This document shows, one piece after another, positions 27,153 through 38,900 of a stretch of DNA of 64,000 nucleotides (its first letter is position 1; the number at the start of each line of letters is the position of its first letter). The notes beneath the pieces are model-generated. The model had not been told where the DNA came from. It searched no databases and worked only from the letters and a program-made list of their open reading frames with translations. This stretch comes from Isurus oxyrinchus (lineage: Eukaryota), in contig JANJGN010000021.1 in the NCBI GenBank assembly GCA_026770705.1, forward strand, positions 93,186,001 through 93,250,000, written 5' to 3'. Position numbers and translations under genes: made by a program.

Positions 27153-30100
27153 GGGGACAGAGAGTCTGTGAGCAAGGGTGTGTCTGAGAGTTGGTGAGAG
27201 AGGGGGTCTGGGAGTCGGTGAGTGAGGGAGGAACTGGGAATCGGTGGGTGAGGGGGGGACTGAGAGTCGGTGAGTGAGGGGGGGACTGAGGGTCGGTGAC
27301 CGAGGGGGGGACTGAGAGTCGGTGAGTGAGGGGGGTCTGAGCGTAAGTGAGTGAGGTGGAGCTGAGTGTCGGTGAGTGAGGGGGGGAGCGAGATTCGGTG
27401 AGCGAGGAGGGTTAATAAGTGTCGGTCAGTGAGGGGGCACTTAGGGTCGGTGAGTGTGGGGGGGACTGAGAGTCGGTGAGTGAGGGTGGGACTGAGAGGC
27501 GGTGAGTAAGGGGGGGACTGAGAGTCAGTGAGTGAGGGGGCTACTGAGAGTCAGTAAGTGAAGGGGGGACTAAGAGTCGGTGAGTGTGGCGGGGGCTGAG
27601 TGTCGTTGAGTGAGGGGGGGGACAGAGAGTCGGTGAGTGAGGGGGGACTGACAGTCGGTGAATGAGGGGGGACTGAGGGTCGGAGACTGAGGTGGGACTG
27701 TGAATCGGTGAGTGAGAGGGGGACTGAGAGGCCGTGAGTGAGGGGTGGACTGAGAGATGGTGAGTGAGGGGGGGACTGAGAGTCCGTGAGTGAGGGGGGT
27801 CTGAGCGTCAGTGAGTGAGGGGGGGGCTGAGGGCCCGTGAGTGGGGGGGGAGCGAGAGTCGGTGAGTCAGGGGGGGGACTGCGAGACGGTGAGTGAGGGA
27901 GGTACTGAGAGTCAATGAATGAGTGGGGTACTGAGAGTCGGTGAGTGCAAGGGGGACTGAGAGTCGGTGAGTGAGGGGGGATTGAGAGTCGGTGAGTGAG
28001 GGGGGCACTGAGAGTCGGTGAGTAAGGGGGGACACTGAGAGTCGGTGAATGAGAGGGGACTGAGAGTCGGTGAGTGATGCGGGACTCAGATTTGGTGAGT
28101 GAGGGGGGTGCAAAGTCGGTGAGTGAGGTGGGGACTTAGGGTCGGTGAGTGAGGGGGGACTGAGAGTTGGTGAGTGAGGGGGTGACTGAGAGTCGGCGAG
28201 TGAGGGGGGTACTGAGAGTAGGGGAGTGAGGGAGGGACTGAGAGTCGGTGAGTTAGGTGGGTCTGAGAGTCGGTCAGTTAGGGGGGGAATTAGGCTCGGT
28301 GATTGAGGTGGGTCTGAGAGTCGGTGAGTGAAGGGGGGGGAATTAAGTTCGTTGAGTGATGGGGGGGACTGAGGGTCGGTGAGTGAGGGGGACTGAGGGT
28401 CAGTGAGTGAGGGGGGGATTGAGAATCAGTAAATGATGGGGGGACTGAGAGTCGGTGAGTGCGGGTGGGACACAGAGTCGGTGAGTGAAGGGGGGACAGA
28501 GAGTCGGTGAGTGAGGGGCAGACTGAGAGACGGTGAGTGAGGGGCAGACTGAGAGTCGGTGAGTGAGGGGGGACTTAAGGTCGGTGAGTGTGGGTGGAAC
28601 TGAGAGTCGGTGACTGAGGGGGGGACTGAGGGTCGGTGACTGAGGGGGGGACTGAGAGTCAGTGAGTGAGGTGGGGACTGAGAGTCGGTGAGTGAGGGGG
28701 GTCTGAGCGTCAGTGAGTGAGAGGGGCTGAGGGTCGGTGAGTGAGGGGGGGAGCGAGAGTCGGTGAGCGAGGAGGGGGAATAAGAGTCGGTGAGTGTGGG
28801 GGTGACTGACAGTCGGTGAGTGCGGGTGGGACAGAGAGTCGGTGAGTGAGGGGGGACAGAGAGTCGGTGAGTGAGGGGTGGACTGAGAGTCGGTGAGTGC
28901 GAGTGGGACAGAGAGTCGGTGAGTGAGGGGGGGACAGAGAGTCGGTGAGTGAGGGGGGGACAGGGAGTCGGTGACTTAGTGGCGGACTGAGGGTCGGTGA
29001 CTGAGCAGGGGACTGAGAGTCGGTGAGTGAGGGGGGGACTGAGTCGGTGAGTGAGGGGGGACTGAGAGTCGGTGAGTGAGGGGGGGACTGAGTCGGTGAG
29101 TGAATGGCGGACTGAGTGTCAGTGAGTGAGGTGGTTTCTGAGAGTCGTTGAGTGTGGGGGGGACTGATTGTCGGTGACTGAAGGGCGGACGGAGAGTCTG
29201 TGAGTGAGGGGGGGCAGTGAGAATCGGTGACTGAGGTGTGGAGCGAGAGTTGGTGAGCGAGGAGGGGGAATATGAGTCGGTGAGTGAGGGGGGACTGAGA
29301 CTTGGTGAGTGAGGGGGGGACTGAGGGTCGGTGAGTAAGGGGGCTTTGAGCATCAGTGAGTGTGGTGGGGCTGAGGGTCGGTGTGTGATGGGGGGAGCGA
29401 GAGTCGGTGAGCGAGGAGGGGGAATAAGAGTCGGTGAGTGAGGGGGGGACTGAGAGTCGGTGAGTGAGGGGCGGCCTGAGACTCGCTGAGTGCGGGTGGG
29501 AGGAGAATCGGTGAGTGAGGGGGGGACATAGAGTCGATGAGTGAGGGGCAGACTGAGAGGCGGTGAGTGAGGGGCAGACTGACAGTCGGTGATTGAGGGG
29601 GCTACTGAGAGTCAGTGAGTGAAGGGGGGACTGAGAGTCGGTGAGTGAGGGGGGACTGAGAGTCGGTGAGTGAGGGGGGTACTGAGAGTCGGTGAGTGAG
29701 GGGGGAACTGAGAGTCGGTGACCGAGGGAGGGACTGAGAGTCGGTAAGTGAGGGGGTACTGAGTCGGTGACTGAGGGGGTGACTGAGATTCGGTCAGTGA
29801 GGGGGGGCAGTGAGAGTCGGTGACTGAGGGGGGGAGCGAGAGTCGGTGAGCGAGGAGGGGGAATAAGAGTCGGTGAGTGTGGGGGGTACTGAGAGTCGGT
29901 GAGTGAGGGGGGAACTGAGAGTCGGTGAGTGAGGGGGGAACTGAGAGTCAGTGAGTGATGGGGCAACTGAGGTTCGGTGACCGAGGTGGGGACTGAGAGT
30001 CGGTGAGTGAGGGGGGTCTGAGCGTCAGTGAGTGAGGTGGGGCTGAGGGTCGGTGAGTGAGGTGGGGGAGCGAGAGTCGGTGAGTGAGGAGGGGGAATAA

Positions 30101-31500
30101 GTGTTGGTGAGTGAGGGGGCACTTAGGGTCGGTGAGTGTGGGGGGGACTGAGAGTCGGTGAGTGTGTGGGACTGAGAGGTGGTGAGTGAGGGGGGGACTG
30201 AGAGTCAGTGAGTGAGGGGGGGACTGAGAGTCGGTTAGTGAGGGGGTGACTGAGAGTCGGTGACTCAGGGGGGAAGTGAGGGTCGGTGACCGAGGTGGGG
30301 GAGTGAGAGTCGGTGAGCGAGGGGGGTCTGAGCTTCAGTGAGTGAGTTGGGGCTGAGGGTCGGTGAGTGAGGGGGGGGAGCGCGAGTTGGTGAGCGAAGA
30401 GGGGGAATAAGTGTCGGTGAGTGAGGGGGGACTTAGGGTCGGCGAGTGTGGGGGGGACTGAGCGTCAGTGAGTGAGTGTGGGACTGAGAGGTGGTGAGTG
30501 AGGGGTGGACTGAGAGTCGGTGAGTGAGGGGGGGACTGAGAGTCGTTGAGTGAGGGGGGGACTGAGGGTCCGTGAGTGACGGGCGTACTGAGAGTCAGTG
30601 AGTGAGGTGGGGACTGAGAGTCGATGAGTGACGGGGGGACTGAGATTCGGTGAGTGAGGCGGGAAACTTAGGGTCAGTGAGTGAGGGGGGCACTGAGAGT
30701 CTGTGAGTGAGGGGGGCAATGACAGTCTGTGAGTGAGGGGGGCACTGAGAGTCTGTGAGTGGTATGAAGTCCAATATGGCAGCTGTGCCGCCCTCCCCCT
30801 TCAACTAAATATGTCACGAAATGTAACTTTCACCATGAAAGTTTCACACAAAACTACTTGGTGTACGCCATGAGCCCTCCCCACTTGTGCATTTTTCCAC
30901 TCCAAGTCTAGCTGAGTGCAGCTTCTTTACAACAGTTTCCTGTTGTATCTCCACCTCATGGAGGGAAGCCTCGCTTTTCCCTCTTCATCTGACTCTGGTT
31001 TTGGAGCTCACTTCCTAGGCTCCCAGAGGAGATGCAGCTGCATCTATGCACCCTACACCGTGGAGAGCTCTCTCTCTTTCTCCCTCTCTGTCTCGCTCCT
31101 TCTCCCTCTCTCTCTCTGTTGGAGGGGAGCTGTGTTCTTGGATATCTGGGCCATATATATATATGTTTGCGTTTGTGTCACTCTCTTGTATATCTTGGGC
31201 CTCTTAATCTGAGAAATGGCAATTATGTCCACTATCACTTTGCCGTGAGAATATCCTTCCATGGATCATGAGGAATCCTTCGCATAATCTGCGGTTGCAC
31301 GGCATTTGTCAAGAAAATTGCGGAACAAAATGAATTTCCTGCTTATTAGGGACTTCACAACCAACCTCTATAGAGTAATTTACACCAGCCTAAATTTATA
31401 CCTTCCTTTTGTTATTTTGTGCACTGCAAACCACCCGTTTATAAATTCTATTGGCACTGCTTTAAGAGACAAAAGATCAGCTAGTAGTGCATCGATGTTA

Positions 31501-31623
31501 GAATATTGTTGATAAGAGACATGCTCTCTTAGCTTTTCACCTTGCATGCATCAAGACACTTCTATCTTGATGAGTGCAACGTGAAAAACTTCAACAGTAT
31601 GTCTCTTTTTTTCAGCAATACTC
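31501..31623. mobile_element. Imperfect palindrome of about 120 bp, Penelope-type terminal remnant with a degenerate minimal hammerhead-like core
   Basis: Paired arms gaatattgttga/tcagcaatactc, aagagacatgct/agtatgtctctt and catcaaga/tcttgatg; TTGATGAG...GAAA core at 31567-31586. Confidence 0.55.
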
Positions 31624-31989
31624 AAGGTTCTGTACTACCAAACGAATAGCTGTTAAAATGTAGTTTAACATTGAACTAAAACAGCGTTGCGGATATATGT
31701 GCTCTACTGATTAGCTTTTCACTTGTTCATTCTGTACTTGGTGGATACTGGAAGAGGATAAAGGATAAGCAGGTGTCAGAATATTAATTCAATGTGAAAA
31801 TCCAACCAAAGGTACCCATGCATACATTAATATCACTGCTGAAAGCAGATTGGGACTTTATCCACTGGATAAAGTGCTCAAAAGCATCAGAATCCTTATA
31901 CACTACTGGTCAAGTAATGATCACTTAACTTTTCAGGCCAAAGCCCTATTATTAATCGCTTCATTAATAATGTACTTAGTTGACTTAGG

Positions 31990-32310
31990 AAGGGGGTGGG
32001 GACTGGGAGTCAGTCAGTGAGGGGAGACTGAGAGTTGGTGAGGGAGAGAGAAACTGAGAATCAAAGAATGAGGGGGGAACTGAGAGTCGCTGAGTGATGG
32101 GGGACTGGGAGTTGGTGTGTGATGGGGGACTATGAGTCAGGAAGTGAGGAGGACTAATTCATCGAGTGAGGGTGGACTGATAATCTGTAAGTGAGGAGGG
32201 AATAGAGTTACTGAGTAATGGGGGGAACTCAGAATCGTTGAGTGAGGGGTAAATGAAAGTAGGTGAGTGAGGGAGGGACTGGGAATCAGTGAAGGGGGAG
32301 GTGCCTGGGA
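31990..32310 (+). repeat. Degenerate (old) edge of the same minisatellite next to the alpha-3 acceptor
   Basis: Diverged units such as ggggactgggagtcagtcagtgagggg and gaactgagagtcgctgagtgatggggg. Confidence 0.85.
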
Positions 32311-32354
32311 CTCTCTATCTCAAGGCTCCTGACTCCTCTTTCTTTCTCTCTCAG

Positions 32355-32618
32355 TTGCCCCTGTCGTGTTCTTTACCCGTCTGGGTGATTCTAACTGGCT
32401 GTCCTGTGTCGTTGCCGGGTTTTACCCCCAAGCTATCGAGGTGACTCTGTGGAGAGACGGAGTGTTGATCGATGAAACCCTGCCCACTGGGATCTTACCC
32501 AATCACGACAGGACCTTCCAGATTCGGAAATGGATGGAGTTTGATCCGGAGGATCAGGCTGAGTATTCCTGTCGGGTGGAACACAGGAGGCTGGAGGAGG
32601 AGAAGGTGGTGATTTACG
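32355..32618 (+). CDS. MHC class I(-like) heavy-chain alpha-3 (Ig C1-set) exon
   Basis: Polypyrimidine tract plus CAG acceptor (ends 32354) and GTAAG donor (32619); 264 bp, phase 1-1; translates (V)APVVFFTRLGDSNWLSCVVAGFYPQAIEVTLWRDG...GILPNHDRTFQIRKW...YSCRVEH, with C1 motifs CxxxGFYP, W, PNxDxTFQ and YxCxVxH. Confidence 0.92.
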
Positions 32619-32797
32619 GTAAGACTGTTTCTCACTGTTAGAGAGAACCCAGCCTCAGACCAGGATCACAGGAGGGAGGGTCAGTGCTGAGCTGTCAGCC
32701 CAGGACAGGCTGAGGACCAGAGAGAGGGAAATAAATATAAACTTTCAACATGTCAAAGACATCACAACATTTATAGAGAATAGGAATTGAGACTATG

Positions 32798-33370
32798 CTG
32801 AGATATTACAATGTGACGGGGCCCAGTGTATCCTAGGATATTACAGTACGACAGCACCTGGGGTATCTGAGATATTACAGTACAAGAGGACCTGGTGTAT
32901 TCTATAATATTAGAACACAAAAGGACCCAGTATATCCTGGAAAATTACAGTATGACAGGTCCTGGTGTATCCTGGGATTTGGTGGCATAGTTGCATTGTC
33001 ATTGGACTAGTAATCCAGGGACCCAGGGTAATGCTCTGGGGACCTGGGTTCGAATCCCACCATGGCAGATGGTGGAATTTGAGATTTTTTAAAAATCTGG
33101 TGGGTTTGATGATGACCATGAAACCAATGTCGATTGTCATAAAAACCCATCTGGTTCACTAATGTCCATTAAGAAAGGAAATCTGCTGGTCTGGTGTGAC
33201 TCCAGACCCACAGCAATGTGATTGCCTCTTAAGATGCCCTCTTAACAAGAGCATTAGAAATGGGCAATGAATGGTGGCCTAGCCAGCGATGACCACATCC
33301 CATGAATGAATAAAAAAAAAACCTGGGATATTACAAAATGATGGGGCCTGGTGTATCCTGGGATATTACA
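32798..33370 (+). repeat. Degenerate minisatellite of about 35 bp (CCTGGGATATTACAGTAnGACnGGnCCTGGTGTAT) interrupted by a SINE-like element
   Basis: About five copies at 32798-32978, resuming after 33321. Confidence 0.75.
32979..33321 (+). mobile_element. tRNA-headed SINE-like element (head+tail derivative of the LINE at 56205-59405)
   Basis: A box TGGCATAGTTG, B box GGTTCGAATCC, LINE-type 3' tail and poly-A; flanked by CCTGGGAT (possible TSD, although the motif is also part of the host minisatellite). Confidence 0.85.
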
Positions 33371-33399
33371 TATGGGTAGGAAGCGGAATATCCTGTAAT

Positions 33400-34185
33400 T
33401 ATAAAATAATCATAGGAATGATAATGGAATTCTTACTGAAAGAGAGAATAGAAGAACGTTTAGAAATGAGAACTATATTGATGAATAATCAGCATGGATT
33501 TCAATTGGTGATCATTTTGCTTGACCAAACTTAATGAAATTTTGAGAAGACGATGGAGAGAATAGACAATGGTAATGCAGTAATTTATCAGGAGCTCCAA
33601 AAGACCTTCAAGAAGCTGCCCCATAATAGACTAATGAATAAGGTCAGAGAATGTGGAGGCAGAGGACAAGTGGCAGGCTGGATTGCTAGCTGGGTTCAAG
33701 AGAGAAAGCATAGAGTGAGAGTAAAGGATAGTTATTCAGAGTGCCAGAAGGAGGGAGATGGTGTTCCACATGGTTCAGTGCTGGGACCACTGCTGTTCAC
33801 AACTTACATTGATGGCTTGGTGTCGAAAGCACAATCTCCAAATTTGTAGATGGTATTAATTGTGGGGGATTCGTCGATATTGAGGAGGGCTGCAACAGAT
33901 TAATAGGACAATAAAATTGCAGAATGGGCAAATAATTGGCAAGCGAAGTTCAACGCAGATGAATATGAGGTAGCACGTTTTGGTAGGAGGAATTGGGAGG
34001 TCACTTGTTACTTGGAAAGTGTGTGTCTGGATGGGGTGGAGGGACAAGGGGGATTCGGAGTAAAAGCACATCAATCACTATAAGCTGTGCCACAGGATCA
34101 CGAGGCCAACCAAGCTCTAGGATTTATTTCCAGACTAGGGATAGAATTGAAAAGCAGGGAAGTTATGCTCAACCTGTATTGAGCT
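33400..34185 (+). mobile_element. CR1 LINE ORF2 (RT) fragment, decayed
   Basis: NQHGF, GVPHGSVLGPLLF and WANNWQAKFN motifs with frameshifts. Confidence 0.9.
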
Positions 34186-34231
34186 TTGTGGGGGTGGGGG
34201 GGGGGGGGTAGTGAGTGGGGTTTGGGGGGTG

Positions 34232-34673
34232 AGGGGCAGAAATCAAGAAAGGTCGATCTCAGCTGGAAGTGGGGGCGGGGCCCGGGGCGGGGGCGGGGCC
34301 GCCTCCATCAGAAGGCCCCTTCGGACTGGGGGCGCCCTCCCCTCCCCTCCCTCTCCTCCCCCCCGGCCTATCCCCAAAGCCTCCTACCCAACCACCCCCC
34401 CCCCCACCCAGGCCTTCCCTTCCCTTCCTTGCCCTGCCGCCTTGGGACCCTTGATGCTCACCTTGGTGCCCTGCTCCCGAGACTTCGGACCTAGCAGCTT
34501 CCTGCAGTGCCTCTCCCGGCCACTGCAGCGCTGTGGCTGGAGGTACTGGAGAGCTGGCGGCCAATCACGCTTCCTGCTGACCTGAGGGGCTGAATTCCCG
34601 CCTCATGCCAATCGATGCTCCTGCTGGAGCGTGAAACGGGGCGGTGAGCCCTCGCCGTTCTAAACATTCAGCC
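34232..34673. mobile_element. Possible GC-rich non-autonomous DNA transposon (MITE)
   Basis: Weak terminal inverted repeats GGGCAGAAAT...ACATTCAGCCC around a GC-rich interior. Confidence 0.3.
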
Positions 34674-35999
34674 CAAGGTAACTGTTTGGAGGCCAACCAT
34701 TCAACGTCTGCAGCCTTCTGTCTAGTCTAGTGACTGAAGCCATTGCCATTGTCTCTTCACAAAGTAAACATGTTCCATTCTCTGGCCGCCCAGCAAGGTC
34801 CATCAGCTCGTTAGCAACTGCCGGTGGAGTACCATTTCCCTCACTGAAACTGGCTGCGGAGTCTCCCGCCTCAGGTTGGCCCACTTTACACAGCTGGCGC
34901 GAGACCTGGTCTCACTGTGACGTGACGTGACGCTTCCCCTGCGATGTCACCCAGTTAAACAGCCTCACCACCCCTACCCCAACCCCTAGCCCTTGCCTAA
35001 AAAGGTGTTGGGTAAATATCCTTGGGCCTCATTTCCAACACAATGCCCAAATGGTCTCGAGCACAAAAGCAGGTTCCCTTGTGGTTACAACCCACGTTTA
35101 CAAGAATTGGGGGTGGACAATGGTGATGGGGTGGTTTTTTTTTGGCCTTCTCCGCGCCCCCATTTCTCGGTGGAAAATGATAACGATGTTCTCTGAGACG
35201 GGGCTCTTTTGTTTGTTGGGTTTGCCCCGCTGCTGAGGTGGGTAAGTCCCAGGTCGTCGCTGGCTCTGAATGCCGTCGATCAGGACCCACTGATGTGACG
35301 GCTTCGGCTTCGGCGTCGGGGTCAGGGGATCGATCAGCGCTGTTGGAGGCCTCGGATAGGGATGAATCAGATTCCTGTATGTGTTGCTGGAGGTGTGGAT
35401 TTTTAACAAGGTCTTGTTAAGAGATGAATCTGTTCCGTATAGCTCTATTCTGTAAATACAGGTGGCAGGGTGTTGTTGGGGGGGGGGGTGGTGGCGCTGG
35501 GTTGGTCTGAGGACTACATGGGAATTTAAAGTGGATCTAGCAAACACTTTCCACTTTTGCAACAACCTCTAGGATATTCCACGTAATGCTATGGGAAAGA
35601 TAACGATGATGTCATATAGTTGGATATGGTTACAGAACAGGGCACGCGCACCAAACTCACAGACAGGAAATGAGATGATCAGTCAAGAGGTGCCAGGGAG
35701 GACCTGACAGGCGGGGGAATGATTAACCATCGGAAATCATGCTGCAGTCATTTCTCTCTCTACACTGCCCCCATTGAACAGCCAACACTCACATTCACGC
35801 CCTCAGCTTATAGCCTCTCTCACACCCATGCCCCATGGTCACCCTCCACAAATGTCTTTTCCTCCGCTGCACACAAGCTGTTACGAGCACTCACATCGCT
35901 CTGTTTTCTCGCCTTGCAGCTGATGAGAGCCCAACTTGGTGACTTAATGTCTCATTCCTTCGCTGATCAAAACCTCTTTTCGCCATTTCAAGGCTGTTA

Positions 36000-38900
36000 T
36001 TCCAATGCTTCTTAAGTTCACACAAAAGGTTTCATACTCCCGCTTGGTTTGATCTTTAAACTTTTTATCTTCTTGTTGCTTCTCACAATCTCATTTTGAA
36101 CATGTATTTTCCCCTCCTCTTTGAGCAGCGCCAACTATGTTCTCCCTTTGTAGTTTCATAGTTGGTTCCAACCTTTCAACTCTTTTGCATAACCCACGAG
36201 CTATAAAATTCCACCCCTTTCCAGGGTTTGAATGGCTTTTGCAAACTGCCCACTTGCCTGGATTCCAACTGCTGTATCTTCTGTATTAACACTGGCAAGC
36301 ACTTGTAAATCAGAATCCCGGGTCATTAACCTGGAAGAGTTATTTTGCACTTTCAGTTCTTTTTATTGACAGTTCCTAATTTCCAATTCTGCAGGCACTT
36401 TAGTTGTTTTCATATTGTCCATTATTGAAGTTGATACATTAGTATTGTTACTTGGAAGTTACAAGTAACTTTAATTCACAGGGACAACTTTGGAACTGTG
36501 ACACTTCATACCTTACATCTTCCCCTTCATTTTCACCAGTTTGCAATGAAGTTCGAGAATCTCTTTTCTCAAAGAAGTTCTAGCAGTTCATTAGTCTTGG
36601 TTTTTAATTCTGCATTCAAGCAACTATTCTCATTCACCAATAATTTGTTTTCTTACTCAAAGCATTTTCCATGATTCTTCATAACAACTTCTGTCACTTG
36701 AAGTTCGTCAAGTTTTAACTGAAGATTTACCTTTGTTAAGTTTGCTTCTACAAGTTTATCATTTAGACATTTTCAAGTCCTCAAGTCAAGTGTTCTACCT
36801 TCTGTGACTGTTTCTCAGTTGTTCTCATGAGCATGTTTTTCATGAGCAAACTCTTCTTTTATACATGAGAATTGTTTATCTACTTTAAATTGCTTGTTAT
36901 CGGCAATAAGCATCTCATTTTTGGCCAGAGTAGTTTTCTGAAATGGTTAAGATCAACATGATCAGCTGCCTGCTGCAATACGATCATTGCCACGTTATTG
37001 TCACTACTCGCCCAATCATTATCCAGAATAAAATCTACCCCATCAATAGGTAATCTAGGAATAATTCTCACTGCAACAATTCCATTTACGAAGTGGCTCT
37101 GTAAGTTGAATTTACATTAAGAAGCAGGTTCATAAATTCCATGAATAACTCTCATTCATAGTTTTTCTTTCATAAAACTATCTGGAACACTAACTGTATC
37201 ATCAGCCACCTTCAATGATTGAACTACCCCTGTATGTCTCAAAATATTAATCTGCTTACTTATTTTGTTGGAGGAGTAAGGGAACCCTCCTCTCTTTAAC
37301 ACAAAACGTCCAGACCCTCTTTTAGCCTGACTTCCTTGACCAGAAATCAAGAATCCTCTGGACTATCCAGAGCCTTTCGTATCTGTTCTGAGGGAACATG
37401 TTTTACCTGTGCCACTGCTACAGTTTTAACTTCCATTTCCTTTTCTGATGCAACCTTTTCTGAGGATTCCTTAGGCATTCCTACTACTGCAATAGGTTTA
37501 CCATTTATTTTCCAGCAATCTGCCTGAACATGTCCCGCCTTGTTACAGTGGAACCACTTAGGCTTTTGAATCTCACTTACACCCTCAGTGCCTTCTTTTC
37601 TGGCCTGAGGAGAAATTTCCAGGGAATTTCCAACTGTCCCTTCTCTTCCCTGACTACCTGCCTCCCTTTCATTTTCCCACTTCTGACCCTTCTCAGGTTT
37701 GTGGAGAGGTAAGCCTGATGTGGGATAAAGGGTTCTGTGGACTGGTTCATAATCATTTGCCATCTCTGCTGCCTGACCAGCAGTTTTAACCCTCTGTTCT
37801 TCCACTGGGTTCTAGCGACTGAAAGTAGGGAATCCTTAAATTCTTCCAAGAGAATTATTTCCCTAAGAGCTTCATACGTTGCCTCTACCCTTAATGCCGG
37901 TATCCAATGGTCAAAATTACTTTGCTTTAACCTCTCAAACTCAATATAAGTCCGCCCAGGCTGTTTCCTTATGTTACAAGATTTCTGCCTGTATGCCTCA
38001 GGGAGTAACTGCTATGCACTCAGAATAGCTTTTTTCACTCCATCATAATCCACCAATACCTCTTTTGACAGCGATGCATAAACCTTATGAGCTTTACCCA
38101 CCAACATACTTTGGAAGAGCAATGTCCAGGTTTCTTTTGGCCACTTCATTTAATTAGCCATTTATTTTCAAATAAGATAAAGATGCCTCTACATCCTTTT
38201 CCTCAAATTTTGAAAAAGCTTGCACAAACTTAAACATCTCACCACTAGGTTTTGGGTTGAAGGTTTTTTCATCATCAGAACTGTCCTCAGCATCTGAAGC
38301 CTCTTTCTTAAAGTCCAGCTTCTTAAGCCAGTATTCCCTTTTTTGTTTCTTCTGTCTCTCCTTTGCCTCTCTTTCTTTATCCTTCTCCTTTGCCTGAAAT
38401 TCCAGTTCCAGTTCTTTCTCTTTCCTCTCTTTTTTTTGCTCCAGTCTTTTCAATTCCAATTCTCTTTCTTTCTTCTTCCTCTGGCCTTTTCACTTCCAAT
38501 TATTTTTCTTTCGCCTCCAATTCAAGTCTTTTCAGTTCCTTTTCATGTCCAAGTTGCTTCATTTGCAAACTGGATATGAGCTAATTCAATTGACTCACCC
38601 CCTGGAGAACATGGTCTCTCCATTATCCCTTCCAGTTTCAAATGCTGTGTTATTATCTCAACTGTGTCTGCTTTCCTTGCCCCTTCAGGTAACTCTACCT
38701 CCAGCTTATCTGCCAATTCCATGAGCTTACCCTTGGTTAGTTTTTGTAAACCAATCAGGGTTACCTCTTCCATCTGTAAAAAAGACTTAGCAACTTCCAA
38801 AGCCATTTCAAATTCCACCCTGTATCATGTACTCACAGCAACTCCAACCCTAAGTCCAGTACCTCTGTACCTCCATGTACTCGTTAAAGGAATTCACAGG

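Larger units (their letters stand above)
1..30760 (+). repeat. Giant G-rich minisatellite, 26-27 bp unit (GACTGAGAGTCGGTGAGTGAGGGGGG[G]), about 1,150 copies, continues beyond the left edge
   Basis: Unit is visible continuously from position 1 to about 30760; variants include CpG-decay forms (GTCAG, GTTGG) and variable G-run length. Confidence 0.99.

Noticed and set aside
1-30760. CRISPR array or telomeric repeat
   Set aside because: There are no unique spacers or cas genes and the context is eukaryotic; TTAGGG occurs only sporadically as a unit variant
1658-30804. Dozens of Pro/Ser/Thr/His-rich minus-strand ORFs (up to 470 aa) resembling mucins or extensins
   Set aside because: They are translations of the stop-poor C-rich strand of the minisatellite; frames shift with G-run length and most lack a real ATG
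1-32618. Immunoglobulin switch region upstream of an Ig constant exon
   Set aside because: The unit lacks AGCT/WGCW AID hotspots, and the exon's PNxDxTFQ motif fits MHC class I alpha-3 rather than an Ig constant domain
32979-33065. tRNA gene (also at about 47375 and 59320-59400)
   Set aside because: A/B boxes belong to retroelement heads; no cloverleaf or terminator is evident
35178-35241. Signal-peptide exon MITMFSETGLFCLLGLPRC
   Set aside because: An in-frame TGA precedes the donor; kept only as a possible non-coding exon
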